Below are positions 9,014 to 18,453 of a DNA stretch of 44,762 bases, piece by piece. Location: assembly GCA_034429955.1 (NCBI GenBank), contig DAOUFH010000147.1, forward strand, positions 1 to 44,762. Direction: 5' to 3'. Positions within the stretch are counted from its first letter, which is position 1, and every line of letters starts with the position of its first letter. The translations under genes and the position numbers were made by a program. The notes under the pieces were generated by a model. That model had not been told where the DNA came from, ran no database searches, and saw only the letters and a program-made list of their open reading frames with translations. This DNA comes from Dehalococcoidales bacterium. GTDB lineage: Bacteria > Chloroflexota > Dehalococcoidia > Dehalococcoidales > UBA3254.

Positions 9014-10192
9014 TTACCAGCTTCTGATCTTCTTAATACGGGTCAAGGCTTCTTCGATCTGTTCCTTGCCCATGAAGAGGGTAGTCCTGAAATAGCCCCG
9101 GCCGTTCTGTCCGAAATATGAACCTGGCATGAAGGCCACATGGGCCTTGTCTATCATATAGTTCAATACGAAGTCCTCATCGCTGAAACCGGCCGGCACC
9201 TCAACCCAGAGATAGGGAGTAGCTTTGGGTATCTCAACCTTCATTCCCAGCTCATTCAGGCCTTTGACCAGCAGGTCGCGCCGTTCTTGTAGCTCTTTAA
9301 AATAGGCGCTCATCTCCTGCTTGACAGCCGGGTTGGTCAGGGCTTCTACGCCCACTCTCTGCTTGTACCATTCCACACCCTGGCTGAAGTAGCTGGAGAT
9401 CTTGAGATAGTGATTGATATTTTCCTCGCTGCTGACCAGCCAGCCCAGCCCGATACCGACGAAGTTGTAGTGCTTGGAAAGAGAGACCACTTCATAACCG
9501 TAGTCCAGCAGTCCGGGCACCTGGGTGATGGAGACCGGGCGGGTCTTGTCATCAAAGACATAATCTTTATAGGCTTTATCGAAGATGCCGCAGATGTTGG
9601 ACGCCTTCAGATTTTCTCCCAAACGGGTGTGATAGGCGAGGTCGGTCGTAGCGCCGGTAGGATTGTTGGGGTCGCAGAAATACAGGGCGGCGGTCTCTTG
9701 ATCTTTAAAATTGAACTCCGGCTGCCAGCCTCCCGCGGCCGAGGTCTTGACTCGCTCTATTTTATTGAAAGACAGCAAAGTGGCGGCTTCATAGGCCGGA
9801 TAGACCGGGTCGGGAATCTGGATTTTACCCTGTCCGCTGAACAGCCTGGCCAGATTGTGCAGAGCTTCCTTGGTCCAGGGCGTGACCACGATGTTTTCCG
9901 GTTTCAAGCTAACGCCGTATTTCTGTTGGTAGTCGCCTATAATAGCTTCAATCAACTCAGGGATGCCGCGCGATTGATGGGCGTCCACCGGATAGCCGTA
10001 GGTTGAGTTTTTCTCTTTAACGAATTTAGCCAGCAGTTCTTTAACGGTGGCTGGAGCTTCGACGTCCGGAATGCCTATGCGGGCATTGATGACCTTGATG
10101 CCGTCGCGCTGTTCAGCCTGGCGGGAGATCTTGCCGACTTTGGCAAAGGGATATTCGGGGATGTTTTGCAGTACCGGTGATATTTTTAGCAT
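9014..10192 (-). CDS. PLP-dependent aminotransferase, class I/II
   Basis: Start ATG 10192 follows AGGAG. The PLP-lysine motif is SLSKHYNFVGIGLGW. ..NPNNPTG.. is also present. Specific substrate is not assignable by eye. Confidence 0.8.
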   Translation of the reverse strand: MLKISPVLQNIPEYPFAKVGKISRQAEQRDGIKVINARIGIPDVEAPATVKELLAKFVKEKNSTYGYPVDAHQSRGIPELIEAIIGDYQQKYGVSLKPENIVVTPWTKEALHNLARLFSGQGKIQIPDPVYPAYEAATLLSFNKIERVKTSAAGGWQPEFNFKDQETAALYFCDPNNPTGATTDLAYHTRLGENLKASNICGIFDKAYKDYVFDDKTRPVSITQVPGLLDYGYEVVSLSKHYNFVGIGLGWLVSSEENINHYLKISSYFSQGVEWYKQRVGVEALTNPAVKQEMSAYFKELQERRDLLVKGLNELGMKVEIPKATPYLWVEVPAGFSDEDFVLNYMIDKAHVAFMPGSYFGQNGRGYFRTTLFMGKEQIEEALTRIKKIRSW

Positions 10193-10264
10193 TCGATATA
10201 CTCCTGAAAAGTGACTATGGAATCCATTATACAATACTTGGAAATATTACCAATAACTCAATAA

Positions 10265-10292
10265 GCTCTCAGCTCTCAGTTTTCAGTTGTCA
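10265..10292. repeat. Four tandem 7-mers (gctctca gctctca gttttca gttgtca)
   Basis: Read directly. It belongs to the cagct/tcagct word set that recurs in other intergenic regions (3210-3235, 5452-5465, 12047-12066, 32886-32900, 43165-43185). Confidence 0.6.
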
Positions 10293-10394
10293 GTTCCGGA
10301 CCCCGCCGGAGGATGAGACTGATTTTCTACCTTTTCTATAAGGAAGGATTAAGGATGGATTTTTAAGGCTGGCAGATAAAATCCCCCTTGTATT

Positions 10395-10414
10395 CCCCCT
10401 TTATTTAAAGGGGG
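10395..10414. repeat. CCCCCTTT-ATTT-AAAGGGGG hairpin module
   Basis: Perfect 8-bp stem. A closely related module (tattccccttatcaaaggggga) is at 12017-12039. The flanking aaaatccccctKgtat word also occurs at 5430-5446. Confidence 0.5.
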
Positions 10415-10468
10415 ATCAGCCGATAACAGGTGCAAGCTAAAAGCTATTATCTGTGTTATTATTCTTGC

Positions 10469-11752
10469 ATGGAACTCAATATTACCACCCTGCTGGAAAA
10501 AGCCGGGCAGGCGGCCGCCGGAGTTGACCGGGCGGTCGTGCGCAGCACGCTATTCACCCAAATTGCTGTCGGCTTTCTCGGGATAAACAAGCAGGCTGCT
10601 TACAGCGAGGCACTGGCCGAGGCTCTGAAAAATGCCGATGCCATCAAGTATCCTCACGAAAAGGCCCGGGCTTTAGGCAGTATAGCTGTCGTTCTGGCCC
10701 GCTCTGACCAGGCGGAAGAAGCCGGACGGCAATTCAACCGGGCGGTGCTGCTGGCCAGAGCGGCTGAGACGCCCGCCAATACTCTGGCGGCGCTTTACTA
10801 TCTGGCCTGCCGTTATATCGAAGTGCACTACCCTGACCGGGCTCTGCCCCTGATAGAAGAGTTATATCAGCTGGTTGCTGATCCTAAAAATGAAGCAGAT
10901 ACCGCCGCCGAGCTGGTTAATCTGGCGGAACTGCTGGATGACCTGGGTGAAAGAGATCAGGCTGTACGTTATTTAACCGAAGCTGAAAACCGGGCCGGAC
11001 AGCTGACTGATAAATGGTTCAAATTGGAGAGGCTGACGGATATTGCCGAAAGTCTGGCTACGCTGGGTTTGAATGAGCGTGCCGTCAGCTTGCTGCAGAA
11101 CAACCTGGAAAAGGTCGCAGATGTGGACAAATACAGCCGTCCCTATTTCCTGCTGCGTCTGGCTGAGATCTGCCTCAGTCTGCGATTGACCGAACAGGCT
11201 GTGGAAATCCTGAACGATCTGCCCAATCTGGTCAGTTCGGAAGGGACTCCTGCGGAAAAAGCCGGGGGCCTGATCGATATTGCAGAAATATTTATCCAGC
11301 TTGCGGATTTCCAGCGGGCGGCGGAATTGCTCAGCGGCGCTTTAACGATAACAGAATCGGTCAGCAATGTTAAAGAAAATATCGCCATCCGGATTGAGAT
11401 CGCACAGTGGCTGACCGCGGCCGGTCAATTTGAGAAGGCGGCTGACATCGCCGCCCGGGTTGATAAAGATAATGCTTCGCTGTCAGACCAGCGCCTGGCG
11501 ATTTTTAACTGGGGCAATCTGGCGGTGCTGTACAGCTATTTACATAATGATACGGGCGCCTTGCAGGCCGTCGAGCGGGTGCTGAAAATCACGGCGGAAA
11601 GCGGTACCAAAACCGCTGGCTTAAGTGCCGTCGGCAGTGAACTGGCTGAAGAGAGTGAGATTACGCTGGCTTTAAAGCTGGCGGAGGCCATCAGGGAACC
11701 GGAAGCCCGGGCGGCGCTTTTGATAGACATCGCTAATCACCTCGCGCAATAA
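10469..11752 (+). CDS. TPR-like helical-repeat protein
   Basis: Alanine/leucine-rich repeats of about 34-40 aa run throughout. The ATG at 10469 (MELNITTL) is preferred over the GTG at 10430. Confidence 0.55.
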   Translation: MELNITTLLEKAGQAAAGVDRAVVRSTLFTQIAVGFLGINKQAAYSEALAEALKNADAIKYPHEKARALGSIAVVLARSDQAEEAGRQFNRAVLLARAAETPANTLAALYYLACRYIEVHYPDRALPLIEELYQLVADPKNEADTAAELVNLAELLDDLGERDQAVRYLTEAENRAGQLTDKWFKLERLTDIAESLATLGLNERAVSLLQNNLEKVADVDKYSRPYFLLRLAEICLSLRLTEQAVEILNDLPNLVSSEGTPAEKAGGLIDIAEIFIQLADFQRAAELLSGALTITESVSNVKENIAIRIEIAQWLTAAGQFEKAADIAARVDKDNASLSDQRLAIFNWGNLAVLYSYLHNDTGALQAVERVLKITAESGTKTAGLSAVGSELAEESEITLALKLAEAIREPEARAALLIDIANHLAQ

Positions 11753-11924
11753 AGCCTTTGATACGCCGCTCCAGCACCGTGCGCTCCAGCATAACGGCAT
11801 GCTGGCACTTCAGGCATTTCAACCCGATATCGGCACCCAGGCGGGTAACTACCCAGGCGTTGCTCCCGCAGGGGTGGGCCTTCTTCAAACGCAGAATATC
11901 ACCCAGTTTGAGTTCAGTTGGCAT
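11733..11924 (-). CDS. DUF951-family small protein
   Basis: 63 aa. GDILRLKKAHPCGSNAWVVTRLGADIGLKCLKCQHAVMLER matches the DUF951 pattern with C..C pairs. Confidence 0.65.
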   Translation of the reverse strand: MPTELKLGDILRLKKAHPCGSNAWVVTRLGADIGLKCLKCQHAVMLERTVLERRIKGFIARGD

Positions 11925-12020
11925 AAGGTGTAGTTGTTAGTCTTTCGTTGTTCGCTATTCGTTTCGAGATCAGGCGTACAGGTCTGTCTGAAATAGAGGG
12001 AGGATAGTAATGAGAAATAT

Positions 12021-12039
12021 TCCCCTTATCAAAGGGGGA
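12021..12039. repeat. CCCCTT...AAGGGG hairpin module (second copy)
   Basis: See 10395-10414. Confidence 0.45.
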
Positions 12040-12070
12040 CAGTATTGCTGAAAGCTGTCAGCTTTTAGTA

Positions 12071-12109
12071 GCCCCTCTCCCCCGGATGCTTCAACCTCGC
12101 CTTTCGAAA
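12071..12109 (-). repeat. Intergenic repeat, 'GAAGCATCCGG' module (reverse orientation)
   Basis: The reverse complement tttcgaaaggcgaggttgaagcatccgggggagagggg aligns with 32931-32980, 37499-37548 and 43208-43254. Confidence 0.55.
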
Positions 12110-12196
12110 CTAGATACCAACAACGAAGAACCAAGAACTCCTTTCCTCTCTTATTGAATCACTGGTACTTATGTGTGGAATCGGTAGTATTGTTTA

Positions 12197-13009
12197 TTAT
12201 TTAGTGTCCCTCACCAGGTTGATCTCATCTCTCAAATGCCGGGCGTTCCGGCGGGCGGCTTCGGCGAAGTCCGAACCTCTGGAGGCGTAGAGTATCTGCC
12301 GGGATGAGTTGATGACCGCTTTGTCGCCGGAGACCCCGGCGCCGTTTTTGATGGTTGCGGCCACATCGCCCCCCTGTGCTCCAATACCGGGAATCAGGAA
12401 GGTCATATCGGGCAGCTTTTGCCGCACGGTCTTCAGCTCTTCCGGATAGGTGGCTCCCACCACCAGCCCGACATTGCCGTTTTTATTCCACTCGCTGGCT
12501 TTCTCCGCTACGACTTCATAAAGGGGTTTTATCCCCTGTGGAGTCCGGCAGGGTAGCGACTGAAAATCGGCAGCTCCGGTATTGGAAGTCCGGCACAGGA
12601 TAAAAACAGCTTTATCACTGAATTGCAGGAAGGGTTCAACCGAGTCCGATCCCAGATAGGGGTTAACGGTGGCGGCGTCAAAGCCGTAAATCTCGAAAAG
12701 AGCTTTGGCATAGGCTTTCGAGGTATTGCCGATGTCGCCCCGCTTGGCATCCGCAATGACCGGTATACCGGCGGGGATGATTTTCAGAGTTTTTTCCAGA
12801 GCTTGCATCCCCTCCTCGCCCAGCGCTTCATAAAAGGCCAGATTGGGTTTATAGCAGCAGACCAGGTCAGAGGTGGCTGCGATGATGGCTTTGTTGAAAT
12901 CTAGAACGCTGATTTTTTCCGGCATCAGTTGGGTATCGACATCCAGCCCCACGCAGACCAGGCTGCGATTTTTTTGCATGGCTGCCTGCAGCTTCTGGAA
13001 AAAATTCAT
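12197..13009 (-). CDS. pyrF: Orotidine 5'-phosphate decarboxylase, type 2
   Basis: ..LVCVGLDVD.., ..IADAKRGDIGNT.. and ..PGIGAQGG.. motifs. Confidence 0.9.
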   Translation of the reverse strand: MNFFQKLQAAMQKNRSLVCVGLDVDTQLMPEKISVLDFNKAIIAATSDLVCCYKPNLAFYEALGEEGMQALEKTLKIIPAGIPVIADAKRGDIGNTSKAYAKALFEIYGFDAATVNPYLGSDSVEPFLQFSDKAVFILCRTSNTGAADFQSLPCRTPQGIKPLYEVVAEKASEWNKNGNVGLVVGATYPEELKTVRQKLPDMTFLIPGIGAQGGDVAATIKNGAGVSGDKAVINSSRQILYASRGSDFAEAARRNARHLRDEINLVRDTK

Positions 13010-13225
13010 ATTCGCCTCCTATTAGAATCAGGTGCCTGCTGGCCAGGCCGGTCTTCCTTGAAATAATGCTACACGCTTACCGGTAGTATAATGCGGCTCT
13101 ATCCGTAATAAAAGACGGACGGCAGGTCAGATGTAATAATAACATATTAACCACCCGGGTGCTTCAAATGATAGAATTAATGAAGGTATCCTGCCGCGAT
13201 AATATGACAGCAAGGACTGTAACTT

Positions 13226-14554
13226 ATGAACTATACTGAGGCCATTAATTACGTTTATCAATTTACCAACTATGAAGCGGTGCCGCGTCCGCACGCCGAA
13301 GATAACTATGACTTGCGCAGAGTATTTGAAATTCTGGAACGCCTGGGCAATCCGCATTTGCAAGCCCGCTCGCTGCATATCACAGGCACCAACGGCAAGG
13401 GCAGCACAGCGGTGATGCTGGCCTCAGTGCTGACTGCAGCCGGATACCGCACCGGCCTGTATACTTCGCCTCACCTGATAACCTCGCGGGAACGTTTCAT
13501 GATCGACGGCCGGATGATTAGCGAAGAGGAACTGGCCGCTATCGTGACCCGGCTCAAACCGCATATCGAAGAGGTCAACCGTAAGGCCACCTACGGTAAG
13601 CTGACGGTTTTCGAGATATTGACAGTTCTGGCTTTTGCCTTTTTTGCCGAAAAGCAGGTGGAATTTCAGGTGATGGAAGTGGGTATGGGTGGCCGTTATG
13701 ACGCCACCAATGTGCTGAAACCCGAGATCTGCTTTTTAACCAGCATCAGCTACGACCACTGCGATATCCTGGGCGATACCTTAACCAAAATCGCCACGGA
13801 AAAATGCGGCATCATCAAACCCGGCTGTACCGTCATCTCACATCCGCAGGCTGACGAGGCGGCTGCGGTCATCCGGCAGGACTGCGCCGGGAAACAGGTG
13901 AAGCTTATCAAAGTGGGCGAGGATGTCACGCGGCGCAGTATCAGTTTTAACCATGACCGGCAGGAGATCTCCATCCGGGGGAGAATGGGCGAATATCAGG
14001 TGTCCATTCAATTGCTGGGACAATACCAGATGGACAATGCCGCCGCAGCTGTTGCCGGGCTGGAAGTATTAATGGAAAACGGCTGCCGGATTACTCCCGA
14101 AAATATCCGGCTGGGTCTGCGTTCTGCTGCTTTGCCCGGCCGTATGAACATCGTGCAACGTGATCCGGTTATCTTGATGGATGGAGGGCATAATCCGGGA
14201 GCGGCCCGCAATTTAAAGGAGGCTGTGCTGGAGTATTTCCCCTCTGCCAGGCGGATACTGGTGACGGGCATGGCAGCCGATAAAGATACGGCGGGTATAG
14301 CGGCCGAACTGGCGCCGATATTCGATACTGTGATAGTCACCCGCGCCCACAGCCAAAGAGCAGCCGGGACGGACTATCTGGCCTCTTTGTTTTCAAAATA
14401 CAGAGACAATGTGATCCTTTCGGCAGATGTAGCGCAAGCCCTGACAACAGCTTTACAACAGGCTGCTAAGGCTGACCTGATCGTGGTAACCGGGTCTCTT
14501 TACGTGGTCGGCGAGGCCAAGGAGTACCTGGAAGGGTACAAAGGCAACCATTAG
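13226..14554 (+). CDS. folC: Folylpolyglutamate synthase/dihydrofolate synthase
   Basis: HITGTNGKGST P-loop, ..EVGMGGRYDATN.., ..DGGHNP.. Mur-ligase family motifs. Length is 442 aa. Confidence 0.9.
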   Translation: MNYTEAINYVYQFTNYEAVPRPHAEDNYDLRRVFEILERLGNPHLQARSLHITGTNGKGSTAVMLASVLTAAGYRTGLYTSPHLITSRERFMIDGRMISEEELAAIVTRLKPHIEEVNRKATYGKLTVFEILTVLAFAFFAEKQVEFQVMEVGMGGRYDATNVLKPEICFLTSISYDHCDILGDTLTKIATEKCGIIKPGCTVISHPQADEAAAVIRQDCAGKQVKLIKVGEDVTRRSISFNHDRQEISIRGRMGEYQVSIQLLGQYQMDNAAAAVAGLEVLMENGCRITPENIRLGLRSAALPGRMNIVQRDPVILMDGGHNPGAARNLKEAVLEYFPSARRILVTGMAADKDTAGIAAELAPIFDTVIVTRAHSQRAAGTDYLASLFSKYRDNVILSADVAQALTTALQQAAKADLIVVTGSLYVVGEAKEYLEGYKGNH

Positions 14555-14651
14555 CCGTAAGCTCTTAAAGCATGGCCTAATAACCCTTACCGCAGGTCTG
14601 CCGCGGGCGAGAACATACTATCACCTGAAGTCAGTTCACAGGCGTCCGGCG

Positions 14652-14918
14652 CTAGGGTGCGCTGGTAACGTAAGGATTGCTCTGTACTTCTTTGGGCAGC
14701 ATGGTTCCGAGGATACGTTCCATGGCCATAGTATGTGAACACATCTTCCAGGTTTCGAAGAAGCTGCAGGTGCACTGCCACTTGCCGTCTTTTAAACTGG
14801 TGACGTAATCGTTGTGTTCGCCGTGAAAATTGACTTTAAATTCGGAGAAGGTAATTCTATCGGTCTCCTGAGCATAACGCTTGGCTTTCTCAATTTTACC
14901 TATCAAGCTTGACTGCAT
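14652..14918 (-). CDS. SWIM-type zinc-finger small protein
   Basis: CTCSFFETWKMCSH fits CxCx(n)CxH. A strong RBS GGGGAGGT lies 7 nt upstream of ATG 14918. Confidence 0.55.
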   Translation of the reverse strand: MQSSLIGKIEKAKRYAQETDRITFSEFKVNFHGEHNDYVTSLKDGKWQCTCSFFETWKMCSHTMAMERILGTMLPKEVQSNPYVTSAP

Positions 14919-14942
14919 CTTTTTACCTCCCCATATTAATTA

Positions 14943-14976
14943 AAAAGCACCACGCTGTTACTAGCGCAGTGCTTTT
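14943..14976 (-). terminator. Terminator-like hairpin plus T5 immediately upstream of the SWIM gene RBS
   Basis: On the minus strand, AAAAGCACtgCGCTagtaacAGCGtgGTGCTTTT is followed by Taattaat. No minus-strand gene lies upstream of it. Confidence 0.5.
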
Positions 14977-15189
14977 ACTTTCAGTTCTTGAATTTGGACT
15001 TCCATAGCGGTATGTACCCCTTCACTCAAGTACTTATAATTATAACTCAACCTGTCGTATATGTCCAATTGAAATCAGTCAATCCTGCAGTTTTTAAAAG
15101 CCTGAGGGAATAGTCGAAATCTGTAATTTTCACAATGAGAATCAGGTTGAAAATTAATCGTAAAAGGCGACTTTTTTCTTAATCGCATA

Positions 15190-15218
15190 TTGACCGATTT
15201 GGATGCTTGTTGTATGAT
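15190..15218 (+). promoter_or_regulatory. Sigma-70-like promoter for hppA (TTGACC-17-TATGAT)
   Basis: Read directly. It lies about 130 nt upstream of the hppA ATG. Confidence 0.45.
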
Positions 15219-15349
15219 AATGCTGGTTTTATGCGGCTGAATTACAACAGTTCGGTAAACATAACATCCGCAACTCCCGGCGAGTGGTGGATGTCCTGAC
15301 TAGAGCGGGTAAATCCAATAATAATAAAAGGAATAAATAAGGAGGGAAA

Positions 15350-17563
15350 ATGCCTGGTATTTTTTGGTTGGTCCCAGCAGCTTGCGTTGTGACGATCATC
15401 TTTGCCATCTGGCTGGTTATCAGCACTCTCAAGCGCAGCACGGGAACCCCGGAAATGAAGAAAGTAGGCGACATGATTTATGAAGGCGCCTGGGCTTTCT
15501 TGAAGCGGCAATACGGAACTATCGGTCTGATTTCCGTAATAGTCGCAATCATCATCTCAGTGGTTGTCGGTGTCCTGCATGGAGAGAAGGGACTCAACAT
15601 GTTTGATACCACAGTTACTATCACTGCCCTTGGTTTCGCCTGGAGGACGGGCGTGGCCTTCCTGGTAGGTGCAATCTGCTCCGGCGTAGCCGGATTTATC
15701 GGCATGATTATTGCCGTTAAATCCAATGTACGCTGTGCGGCTGCTTCCCAGAAGAGTTTGAACGAGGCTGTTCAGACCGCTCTGCGCGGTGCGGCTGTTC
15801 CCGGTTTCCTGATTGTTGTTTTAAGCCTGATTGGCGTTACTGTCATCTACTTCGCCTTTGGCGGACATTCTCACCCGGCGGTAGCCCCCCATTTAATTCT
15901 CGGCTTCGGTTTCGGAGCCAGCTTCGTGGCCCTGTTTGCCCAGCTTGGCGGCGGTATTTATACCAAAGCTGCCGATATGGGTGCCGACCTGGTGGGTAAA
16001 GTCGAAGCCGGTATTCCGGAAGACGACCCCCGTAATGCGGCCGTCATCGCCGACCTGGTCGGTGATAATGTAGGTGACTGCGCCGGCCGTGGTGCCGACC
16101 TGTTCGAATCAACAGCTGCCGAGAACATCGGTGCTATGGTACTGGGTATCGCATTGTATGTGGCTACCACTCAGGTGGAGTGGATTTTGTTCCCGCTGGT
16201 GGTCCGTGCATTCGGTCTTATCGCCAGCATGATCGGTATCCTCTGCGTACGTATTCGCGGTAATGAAAATCCTATGACCGCTTTGAACCGCGGCTATTTT
16301 GTCTCAGTGATAATCAGTGCCGTCGGTATGATTTTAACCGTGTGGCTAATGCTGGATTCAGCTCCCGGTGGTTGGGGCTGGTTAGCCGGTGCCGGCCTGG
16401 TCGGTATTGTAGCCTCCGTCGTGATTGTATTCGTGACTCAGTATTATACTGAAGGCAGATACCGCCCGGTTAAATCCATCGTGGAAGCCTCCAAGACCGG
16501 TCCTGCTACCAACATAGTAATGGGTGTGGCCGTAGGCTTCGAAAGCACTCTGCTGACATCTCTTATTATCGGCATCTCTTTGCTGGCTTCATACTGGATG
16601 GGCACTCAGGCTCTGGCTGGAGTTACCGGTCTGGCTCCCATGGCAGCCGGCGCTTTCGGTACTGCTATTGCCACTATGGGCATGCTGATGACCTGTGCCT
16701 TTGTTTTAACTGAAGATACCTTCGGTCCTATCACCGATAATGCCAACGGCGTTAATGAGTTCGCTCATGCCGGTCCTGAAGTCAGAAGAATTACTGACAG
16801 ACTGGACGCGGTCGGTAATACTACCAAAGCTTTGACCAAGGGTTATGCTATGGTTTCTGCCGGTCTGGCAGCCTTCCTGCTCTTCCAGGCTTATCTGGAG
16901 AGAGTCTCCGTTTTGCGTAACGTAGTAGACCCGGTTACCGGTCATATGCAGATCTTCGATTCAGTCAACCTGGTGCAGCCGGATGTGTTTGTCGGCGCTT
17001 TACTGGCCGCTATGCTGGTCTACTTCTTCTGCTCCCTGGCTATCCGTGCCGTCTCCAAGACTGCTACCAAAATTATTGAAGAGGTCCGCAGACAGTTCCA
17101 TGAGAAGCCCGGTATCATGCAGGGGACGGAAAAACCGGACTATGCCCGCGCTGTGGATATCACCGCCCGCGCTGCTCTGAGAGGCATGATTGCCCCCGGT
17201 CTGTTGCCTGTTCTGGCCCCCATCGTAATCGGTTTGATTTTCCGCTGGATTCCGGTCGAAGGCTATGATGCGGCTATGGTTGTGGCGGCTTTTTTGATGG
17301 TGGGTACCATCGGAGGTATTCTGATGGCTTCCTTTATGAACAACGGCGGTGGCGCCTGGGATAATGCCAAGAAGTATATCGAAGATAATCAGCTTAAAGA
17401 TGCTGACGGTAAAGTTCTGGGCAAAGGTTCCGAGGCTCACAAGGCCGCAGTGGTCGGCGATACCGTCGGCGACCCCTTCAAAGATACTGCGGGTCCTTCC
17501 GTTCACGTTCTGGTCAAATTGCTGGCTACTATTACCCTGGTTATGGCCCCCCTGTTCGTCTAG
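15350..17563 (+). CDS. hppA: Membrane-bound proton-translocating pyrophosphatase, K+-independent signature
   Basis: 737 aa and multi-TM. Motifs include GGGIYTKAADMGADLVGK, DNVGDCAGRGADLFES and DTVGDPFKDT. GNTTKA (Lys rather than Ala) is the published K+-independence determinant. Confidence 0.95.
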   Translation: MPGIFWLVPAACVVTIIFAIWLVISTLKRSTGTPEMKKVGDMIYEGAWAFLKRQYGTIGLISVIVAIIISVVVGVLHGEKGLNMFDTTVTITALGFAWRTGVAFLVGAICSGVAGFIGMIIAVKSNVRCAAASQKSLNEAVQTALRGAAVPGFLIVVLSLIGVTVIYFAFGGHSHPAVAPHLILGFGFGASFVALFAQLGGGIYTKAADMGADLVGKVEAGIPEDDPRNAAVIADLVGDNVGDCAGRGADLFESTAAENIGAMVLGIALYVATTQVEWILFPLVVRAFGLIASMIGILCVRIRGNENPMTALNRGYFVSVIISAVGMILTVWLMLDSAPGGWGWLAGAGLVGIVASVVIVFVTQYYTEGRYRPVKSIVEASKTGPATNIVMGVAVGFESTLLTSLIIGISLLASYWMGTQALAGVTGLAPMAAGAFGTAIATMGMLMTCAFVLTEDTFGPITDNANGVNEFAHAGPEVRRITDRLDAVGNTTKALTKGYAMVSAGLAAFLLFQAYLERVSVLRNVVDPVTGHMQIFDSVNLVQPDVFVGALLAAMLVYFFCSLAIRAVSKTATKIIEEVRRQFHEKPGIMQGTEKPDYARAVDITARAALRGMIAPGLLPVLAPIVIGLIFRWIPVEGYDAAMVVAAFLMVGTIGGILMASFMNNGGGAWDNAKKYIEDNQLKDADGKVLGKGSEAHKAAVVGDTVGDPFKDTAGPSVHVLVKLLATITLVMAPLFV

Positions 17564-17580
17564 AACGGTTAGTTAGACTA

Positions 17581-17614
17581 AAAAAGCCCTGCACAAAAGT
17601 GCAGGGCTTTTTGT
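17581..17614 (+). terminator. Rho-independent terminator of hppA
   Basis: agccctgcac-aaaa-gtgcagggct followed by tttttg. Confidence 0.85.
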
Positions 17615-17645
17615 TATAACTTATTTTAATAATTCGGGGGAAATA

Positions 17646-17677
17646 CCCGATATGAGTTAACTCATATCGGGCTTTTT
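17646..17677 (+). terminator. Second hairpin plus T-run
   Basis: cccgatatgag-ttaa-ctcatatcggg followed by cttttt. Confidence 0.5.
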
Positions 17678-17775
17678 CATTTGTAGCCGGACTGTTTTCA
17701 GGAATATTTCTTTTTGACACAAGAAATACAAAAGGATTCTGTATATTATTAATTAAAGAGACAAAGGAAGGGTCC

Positions 17776-18453
17776 ATGGATTACAAAATATTAATAGTCG
17801 AAGATGAACCAAAACTGCGTGAAGTATTATGTGATTACTTTAGCAGCAAGAGGGATAGCGCTTTTTCTGCCTCCAACGGAATCCAGGCCCTTGAACTTAT
17901 TGGAGAAAATGAGTTTGATGCCGTTTTACTGGATATTATGATGCCCGAACTGGATGGTTATACCGTCTGCAGGGCAGTGAGAAAACACAGCGAGGTGCCG
18001 ATAGTATTTTTAACAGCTCTTTCCGCTGAGGAAGACAAGTTGTACGGCTATGAACTGGGTGCGGATGATTATGTGACCAAACCGTTTTCCCTGTCTGTGC
18101 TTTACGCCAAAATAACGGCTTTGATTAAACGTAATCGCGGAAATATTCTCACTGATGGGAAAATCACTGTTGGAGGGATATCTATTGAGCCTTTATCTCA
18201 TAAAGTGTATCTGGATAAAAAGGAATTGGCTTTAACCCCCAAGGAATATGACCTGCTTTATTGCCTGATACGTAACAAGAATGTGGTTATGAGCAGGGAG
18301 CAGTTATTGGTGAAGTGCTGGGGCTACGATTATGAGGGCGATTCACGCGCTGTTGATACCCATATCAAACGCTTGAGAGAGAAACTGGGCGGCCATGCGG
18401 ACTGCATTAAAACAGTAATAAAAGCCGGTTATAAACTGGAGGAATCTAAATGA
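17776..18453 (+). CDS. OmpR/PhoB-family response regulator
   Basis: Receiver domain (..ILIVEDE.., ..LLDIMMP.., ..KPF..) plus a winged-helix domain (..LTPKEYDLL.., ..VDTHIKRLREKL..). Confidence 0.9.
   Translation: MDYKILIVEDEPKLREVLCDYFSSKRDSAFSASNGIQALELIGENEFDAVLLDIMMPELDGYTVCRAVRKHSEVPIVFLTALSAEEDKLYGYELGADDYVTKPFSLSVLYAKITALIKRNRGNILTDGKITVGGISIEPLSHKVYLDKKELALTPKEYDLLYCLIRNKNVVMSREQLLVKCWGYDYEGDSRAVDTHIKRLREKLGGHADCIKTVIKAGYKLEESK

Noticed and set aside
10265-10292. Possible CRISPR array from short tandem or dispersed repeats
   Set aside because: The repeats are 7-mers in direct tandem or 40-50-nt dispersed copies many kb apart. There is no repeat-spacer periodicity and there are no cas genes.
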